A stretch of DNA of 64,000 nt from Anthoceros angustus (lineage: Eukaryota > Plantae > Anthocerotophyta): contig VJWM01000192.1 in the NCBI GenBank assembly GCA_010909165.1, positions 62,001 to 126,000 of the forward strand, read 5' to 3'. Every line of letters begins with the position of its first letter. Positions within the stretch are counted from its first letter, which is position 1. A program made the position numbers and the translations under genes. Shown here in pieces: positions 57,926 through 64,000 of the stretch. Below the pieces are notes generated by a model that was given only the letters and a program-made list of their open reading frames with translations, was not told the DNA's origin and did not search any database.

Positions 57926-59924
57926 TTACGGAAACTGGATGGAGCTGCAGCAGTGGTAGTAACCGTTGCCGTCGTAGGCGAACCGTTGGGACAGATGGGC
58001 TTCGGTGATGATGTATCTACCCCACTCCTTGGCCCCGTACTGCTCGATTATTTGCCTGGCGTCGAAAGGCTTGCGCTTCCAAGACTTGCCGCGTTTGCCT
58101 CTGCAAAAACAGGCATCCAAGATTATTATCCACGCTTAACACTGCAGAATATCAGGCAAACCAAACCGTGACAGCTGACGAGGGCTGGATGGTACAAGGG
58201 GAGAGGAGATATTCAGGAGATATTCACCTTTTGCGGTGGCTCGTGTTCATCAGCGTTGCGTGCAGCTGCAGGAAGAGGACAGAAAGTCACGAGACTCGCC
58301 ACGGCGTTGAGTGTAAGGAAGCCAGAAATGCGTGTACTAACCTTCAAGGGTTGGTCCTTGTCACGGTCCATGACCAGGCCGGCTTGGGTGAACGCATCGA
58401 TCAGAACCTCTGGTTGGAATGGTTCAGGAACCCAAACAGGACATGAGCAACGAGAACGTCAGCAATGGCTGACAATCACAGGATACTGCATGCTGCCATG
58501 AGCCGGCTCCCCTGGCCTGCTTCTTGGACCTTGGCGTATAGAACATGAGCCTTGGCAGGATTCGACGTCATGCAGTCCTGACATGCCACGAGAGCGGGAC
58601 CGTCAAGACTTGATTGACATTTCTCTTCAGCAACCTTGGTGTAGAACTGGATGGGAGTCGCAGTGTAGGTGCGAGGGTCTTACCACACCGTTTAGGTCTA
58701 TTTCAACTGCTTGGCTGTCCAGTGCAAGAAGAACCGGCACACGAGTTTTCTGCGGATGCAATCAGTCACGCAATGCTCAGTTCACGTCAGGTAGTACAAG
58801 ATCACCCTTCAGCAACTTGGGACCGAAAAAGGACTGTTAAGACTTGGAGGAAAATTAACTTGCCTGCAAGACGTCCATTGCAGTCTTGATCCGATCTTCA
58901 TTCCAAAGCTTCAGCATCAGCACAGTAAGGTGGAATGTTTTTGCGTTCACAAATATGGACTTGTCTATTCCTAGATCTGCTCATACCACAAAATGCTCAT
59001 TATTGTCTCAGTCTTGTAAGCCAAACATGGTGCTGTGCACTGAAGCCACAGGACAAATACCTCCCCCTGATTTCTTGGGGTGCACACTAGTGGACATCGT
59101 CTCAGCCTCTTCATCGTCGGAGACCTCGACATCTTCATCGCCACCATTGACTGTGCCAAGGACTGTCTCTTCAAAGCTGACAAGTTCGTCGACCAGGGAT
59201 CCATGTAGTGCAAGCGGCAAGGAAATGAAGTGTGTGTACTGATAATTTGGACTTCTGACAGCCTGGAAAACGCAGCACAATATATGCCTGGATACTCTGT
59301 TTGTCAAGACATGTCAACTCAGCACATGAAGAAAGAACCGGCTTACCTGGTCCACAACTTCCTCTATAGCTTTCATAGCCTTACTGACTGCCTCCTGTGT
59401 TGGGCCCTTGACAACTGTGGCGAAGAAAAAAGAAAGGAAAAGCAGAGCTTTCCGATCAGATACTGTGCAACATCTAGTTAGGCTGAGAAGTCTAATCCTT
59501 TAAGACGGGTTGTGTCCATCTCAGAGGATGGTGCTTACTGATGACTGCGTTGAACTTTCCTGCAGCGGACTTCGATGGAATGTTCAGCTGTGCAGCACTG
59601 TCACTTTCAATCTTAGCCTTGGTTGTTCCCCCTGTTCCAACAATGTATCGCAGAAGACTTGTATCAACCTGCAACGAAGGCCTGGCAACATCAATTCGAT
59701 GGGTTTTCTCATTTCTGGTGGATGTTGTTTAGCGGCCAAATTACTGGTGAATGGTGTCTGCGTAAACGAAGGACAGAAACAAACTTGCCCTTCTCACCAC
59801 ACAGACCACCGACCTGATAAGAAGCTACATGCTCCTGTGCCTTCTCAGCTCCTGCTGCAGGAGCCGTTGTCACATCTACGTCCATCAGACTTCCAGAGCC
59901 ATGATTGTCTGTGCGAGGATACAA
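57926..59924 (-). CDS. ASCC1: ASCC1-like protein (KH domain plus 2H phosphoesterase/AKAP7-like domain), multi-exon; 5' end may extend to about 60500
   Basis: KH motif LLRYIVGTGGTTKAKIE; YTHFISLPL; TFHLTVLMLKLW; LIDAFTQAGLV; LHATLMNT (two HxT motifs); FDARQI...AHLSQRF...YYHCCSSIQFP*. Confidence 0.82.
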
Positions 59925-60629
59925 AATCTCTTTATTGAAAAACTAAAACAATCAGGTTCGCGACACAGGATCACCGTGTCCTTCCATACGCATGAACTAC
60001 AGTAAAACTGAGGACGACACAAGAAGGTGAAGGAAAAGATTGTGCCTTCCATCGACACCACTTGATCTTGCTGGCTTATCGGCTCGATTTGCGTACTACT
60101 GGCGGCCACCTGCACGGTAGTGGAGTAATGCTGAGAGGCCCACTGTCCTCTGGACTGGACGGACACTGCAAACTTCAGATGGGGATCCAGACAACATTTT
60201 GAACAGAAAAAAGGCAACTCCAACGTAACACATTTCACAGGCCTACTGTGCACCAAGAACCTCTGGAAAAGGCCACGTGCAACATCAGCATCTTCGAAAA
60301 GAATCAGGGGATTGTCAAAATAAGGGTTCTTGACGTACAATTACACTAGGTTCATCTCACTTTCACCCTTTCTGACGATGGCACATGCTTGAGAGCAGAA
60401 CAGATTCTTCGCAGAACTGGCCCTCCACTGGCCACAAACAGCAAGCACAGAGTCAACAGACCTCCGGAGTATGGAGACTAAAACCACAAGTTCCAGCATC
60501 TGACTGCTCAGGCAATTGTGCAGTCCCGTCCCAATCTTGCACAATCTTCCTCTTCACCACATCCACCAAATACACAAAACCATAGTCCAGCACTCATGTT
60601 CTCAAATTCCAACACAACATCGTCTTAAA

Positions 60630-61118
60630 TCATCTTCCAGTGTCCCTCAACGTGACTAGGGACTTCATCAAGCTCGGGCCAATCTTGTCAGAAATAGCTC
60701 CTTTGTCAGACAGCACGAGAGCTTTCTCCTTCACCGCGCTTTCCAGAACCTTCATGGAGCTCTCCAGCTTCTTCTCCTCCTGCTCGAGGAGGCTGTGAAT
60801 CTGGTGAAACGGGAGGCGAACGAACATGTCTGATCCTTCAAACATCATCCAGGTGCGGGTGGAGCCATCATAGGTGCCACAAACAGCACAGCCACTGCCA
60901 TCTCCACCAGCTGCCCTAGCACCACCCCCCGCACTCTCCAGCGGAGGAACGCTGCTGCTCGTTGTGCGAGCCTCTCTCCGCATGGCAGTTAAGGACTCCC
61001 TGATCCTGTTCCGTGCCACATCACAATCAAGCATGTCGCGGCGGGCTAGCAGAAGCCTCTCTGCTTCCGTCTCCACTGCCACAAGTTCTCTCTGAAGCTG
61101 CTGCGCACCCTCAGCCAT
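60630..61118 (-). CDS. PDRG1: PDRG1-like prefoldin-family protein, intronless
   Basis: Coiled-coil / beta-hairpin / coiled-coil layout: EAERLLLARRDMLDCDVARNRIRESLTAMRR, TWMMFEGSDMFVRLPFH, KSLVTL. ATG at 61118. Confidence 0.75.
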   Translation of the reverse strand: MAEGAQQLQRELVAVETEAERLLLARRDMLDCDVARNRIRESLTAMRREARTTSSSVPPLESAGGGARAAGGDGSGCAVCGTYDGSTRTWMMFEGSDMFVRLPFHQIHSLLEQEEKKLESSMKVLESAVKEKALVLSDKGAISDKIGPSLMKSLVTLRDTGR

Positions 61119-61590
61119 GGCCGCTCCAAACACAGCTTCACACAAAAATCTAGCGGCGAGAAATCGCACTCTCCCTACCACCAGATTCCACTTTGCAGGG
61201 CACTCCAAGAAAATTCAGTCTCAGGTATTGCTTACTGCCGGGGAAACGCCGAAACGCACCTCATTCCCAAGCTGCGGACTTCCTCCAGGCTTCTGCGTTC
61301 ACGTTCCAATTGTCCTGAACGAAGCGAGCAGGAGGAGAGCGTCCGGCTGACCGGTGAACTGGCGAGCACAACAGCCGGCGACGGGACGAACCGGTACTCT
61401 TACGTGACCTCTCTTCACCAGATGTCTCGGGTCCGACTCCAGCTTTCCTCAAGGTCTGATGTTAGAACTGGGAGGCTGTGAGATGAGATGAACGAGGGCG
61501 ATAGGCGATCACTTACGAAGCACATATATATATCAGCAGTCTTTTGAAATGTTGTATGCGCTCTATCGAAAGAAGGGTCTTCGTCCAGTG

Positions 61591-61716
61591 GTCTGGTCTG
61601 GTGGTGTAGTGGTATGATTCTCTCTTACTGTTGTTGTCGTTGTTGTTGTTGGTCTGGTGGTATGATGCTCACTCCGGGTGCGAGAGGGTCGTGATTTCGA
61701 TTCCCGCAGTGTCCCT
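61591..61716 (+). pseudogene. tRNA-Pro(CGG)-derived remnant with a duplicated D-arm fragment and a (GTT)n tract
   Basis: ggtctggtggtatgatgctcactCCGGgtgcgagagggtc...ttcgattccc matches the plant tRNA-Pro body (anticodon CGG at 61675-61677). The 5' acceptor strand is replaced by gtt repeats and the T-stem is mismatched. Confidence 0.7.
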
Positions 61717-62052
61717 CAGTAGAGTACCAAGCTGGTGGTGTTGTTGATGCAGGGACTTGAACTGTTACCTCTTGTCCAAGTCCCACGTCTGCGACAGCTG
61801 AAAAGGAAGCCCATTTTCTGGGGAGAGCAAAGCGAGCTCATCGCCAAGCCCTGGACGACGTATCAACTGCGGCAAAAAGTCGCAAACTGAGGTGCTGAAT
61901 TCTTCGGGAATTCTTCTTCATGCGTTGTCTTGTCCATGCACCTCCAAACCACCTATGTATACGCCCGTATGGTGTGGTCATACACAGATCCTGGGCATTC
62001 TGCCATACATTGTCTGTTGCTACACTCATCTTCCGACAGCGGTCCCTGAAGG

Positions 62053-64000
62053 ATGGCCACAGTATGGCAACCGGACCCGTTGTGGACCCAACAAATTGGT
62101 GTGGGTACAGGGATTCTACCAGGAGCTCCCGCTCACCTCATCGTAGGGAGTCAACCCCTGGCAAACAAAGCCTCCAGGTGCAGCAGTGCAAGGAGCCCAG
62201 CACTTCCACTTCCGAGACAATGTGAGGGTCGGGACTGGTTTTCCAGCGATGGTCGTTGCCAGGAGCAGGAGCACTTGTGGCAACAATTTTTCCTGGACCC
62301 TACCATGTGGTGGGACAAAAGACGAGATAAGAAGAGCTCCCGTTCGCCTGATTTCCAGCGGAAGGGGTCCGGCGAGGTGCTGTGGTTAAACAACATGTTC
62401 AAGCCAGCTTGGGTTGATGAGCAGCTCGTTTCCTTGGATATGCAGATGGGCCATGGTGCCTCTCCTTCCAAGTCAGCTCTCCGGATAAGCCTGAACCTGG
62501 CAGGCATGCAGGATCGGAAATGGGCGTCGTAACGCCTGGAACCGTGAGCATGTTGTGTCAGCAGGGGAAGCTTTCTGAGGCCGTTGGAGCCCTGGAATCT
62601 CTGGCGGGCACAGACTCGGTTGTTTCTCAGTCTCTGTTTTACACTGTTCTAAAACTGTGTACAGCTAAGAAGGATTTGGTTGTGGGGCGACGAGTTCATG
62701 ATCTCACTGCCAAATTTGGGTACGAGTCATGCATACTTGAGGAATCATATCTTGCGCATGTATGCATGTGGAGGTAGGCTGCAGGAGGCCATGGATGTGT
62801 TCACCAGGGTGGGGAAACCAAATGTCTTCATGTGGTTCTCCATTATCTCTGCACATTCTAAGCACGGGAAACCTGATGAGGCCATACAACTGTACCATGA
62901 GATGCGTAGGTCAGGAGTGAAGGCGGATGCTCACGTCTTTGTAGCTGCCCTTCAAGCTTGTGCATTTGCCGACTTGGAATCTGGCAGAAAAGTGCACTGT
63001 GATGTGTGCACAGTGGCATTCCTACTAACTTGTTTGTTGGCAACTGCCTGGTGGACATGTATGCAAAATGTGGAACTGAAAGATGCACGCCAGGTTTTTG
63101 ACAGCATGGCCACAAGGATGTGGTGACATGGACGCCCTGATTGCTGGGTATGCACAGCAAGGGCTCGACATGAGGCACTTGTTGTGTATGGACAAATGGA
63201 GCAGGAGGGCTGCTTTTGGCTAACCATGTTACTTTTGTTTGCCTTCTGAAGGCCTGTGCAAGCACTGGTGCCTTACAGAAGGGCAGGCAGCTGCACTCAC
63301 AGATTGTCGAAAGAGGACTGCTGGATGATGTGGGCACCTGCCTGGTGGACATGTATGCAAAATGTGGTGAACTGGAAGATGCACGCCAGGTTTTTGACAG
63401 CATGGCCACAAAGGATGTGGTGACATGGACAGCGCTGATCGCTGGGTATGCACAGCAAGGACGCGGCCAAGAGGCGCTTGTTGTGTATGGACAAATGGAG
63501 CAGGAGGGCCTGCTTTTGGCTAACCATGTTACTTTTGCTTGCCTTCTGAAGGCCTGTGCAAGCACTGGTGCCTTACAGAAGGGCAGGCAGCTGCACTCAC
63601 AGATTGTCGAAAGAGGACTGCTGGATGACGTAGTGGTGGGCACCTGCCTGGTGGACATGTATGCAAAATGTGGTGAACTGGAAGATGCACGCCAGGTTTT
63701 TGACAGCATGGCCACAAAGGATGTGGTGACATGGAATGCCCTGATTGCTGGGTATGCACAGCAAGGGCTCGGCCAAGAGGCGCTTGTTGTGTATGGACAA
63801 ATGGAGCAGGAGGGGCTGATTTCAGCTAACCATGTCACTTTTGCTTGCCTTTTGAAGGCCTGTGCAAGCACTGGTGCCTTACAGAAAGGCAGGCAGCTGC
63901 ACTCACAGATTGTTGAAAGAGGACTGCTGGATGACATAGTGGTGGGCAGCTGCCTGGTGGACATGTATACAAAATGTGGTGAACTGGAAGATGCACGCCA
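62053..64000 (+). CDS. PPR4: close paralog of PPR1 (PDF motif plus PLS array), frameshifted in this sequence, continues beyond the window
   Basis: MATVWQPDPLWTQQ...LWQQFFLDPTMWWDKRRDKKSSRSPDFQRKGSGEVLWL; about 300-bp triplet repeats from 63100; several 1-2 nt indels from about 62500. Confidence 0.8.

Noticed and set aside
57196-58008. 270-aa plus-strand Arg/Ser-rich ORF
   Set aside because: It lies in the GC-rich promoter/UTR zone between ASCC1-like and the ATP-grasp gene, overlaps the ASCC1-like last exon in antisense, and has no motif.

Overview
Intron-containing, gene-dense plant nuclear DNA. It is most consistent with a hornwort (Anthoceros-like) or another U-to-C-editing seed-free plant; this is inferred from DYW:KP 'GRP' and DYW:WW PPR genes plus compact introns. 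Left arm: alpha/beta hydrolase, F-box gene, LTI65/RD29-like repeat protein, three intronless PLS-class PPR editing-factor genes and proteasome ATPase RPT2. Centre (about 25.5-49 kb): a TE island with a 16.3-kb Ty3/gypsy element (3.7-kb LTRs, two internal tandem duplications), a pogo-like element, tandem repeats and an isolated EPF/EPFL-like peptide gene. Right arm: VPS9a, a plastid HMA-fold protein, a putative circularly permuted ATP-grasp ligase, ASCC1-like, PDRG1-like, a tRNA-Pro remnant and a fourth PPR gene running off the edge. Top observation: all four PPR genes carry an N-terminal motif matching the PDF ssDNA-binding motif of organellar OSB proteins (degenerate in PPR3); in PPR1 it is fused to an intact KP/GRP (putative U-to-C) deaminase domain. 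All family calls are from motif recognition, with no database searches. Dense 1-3 bp indels in the retroelement and last PPR gene may be assembly errors.
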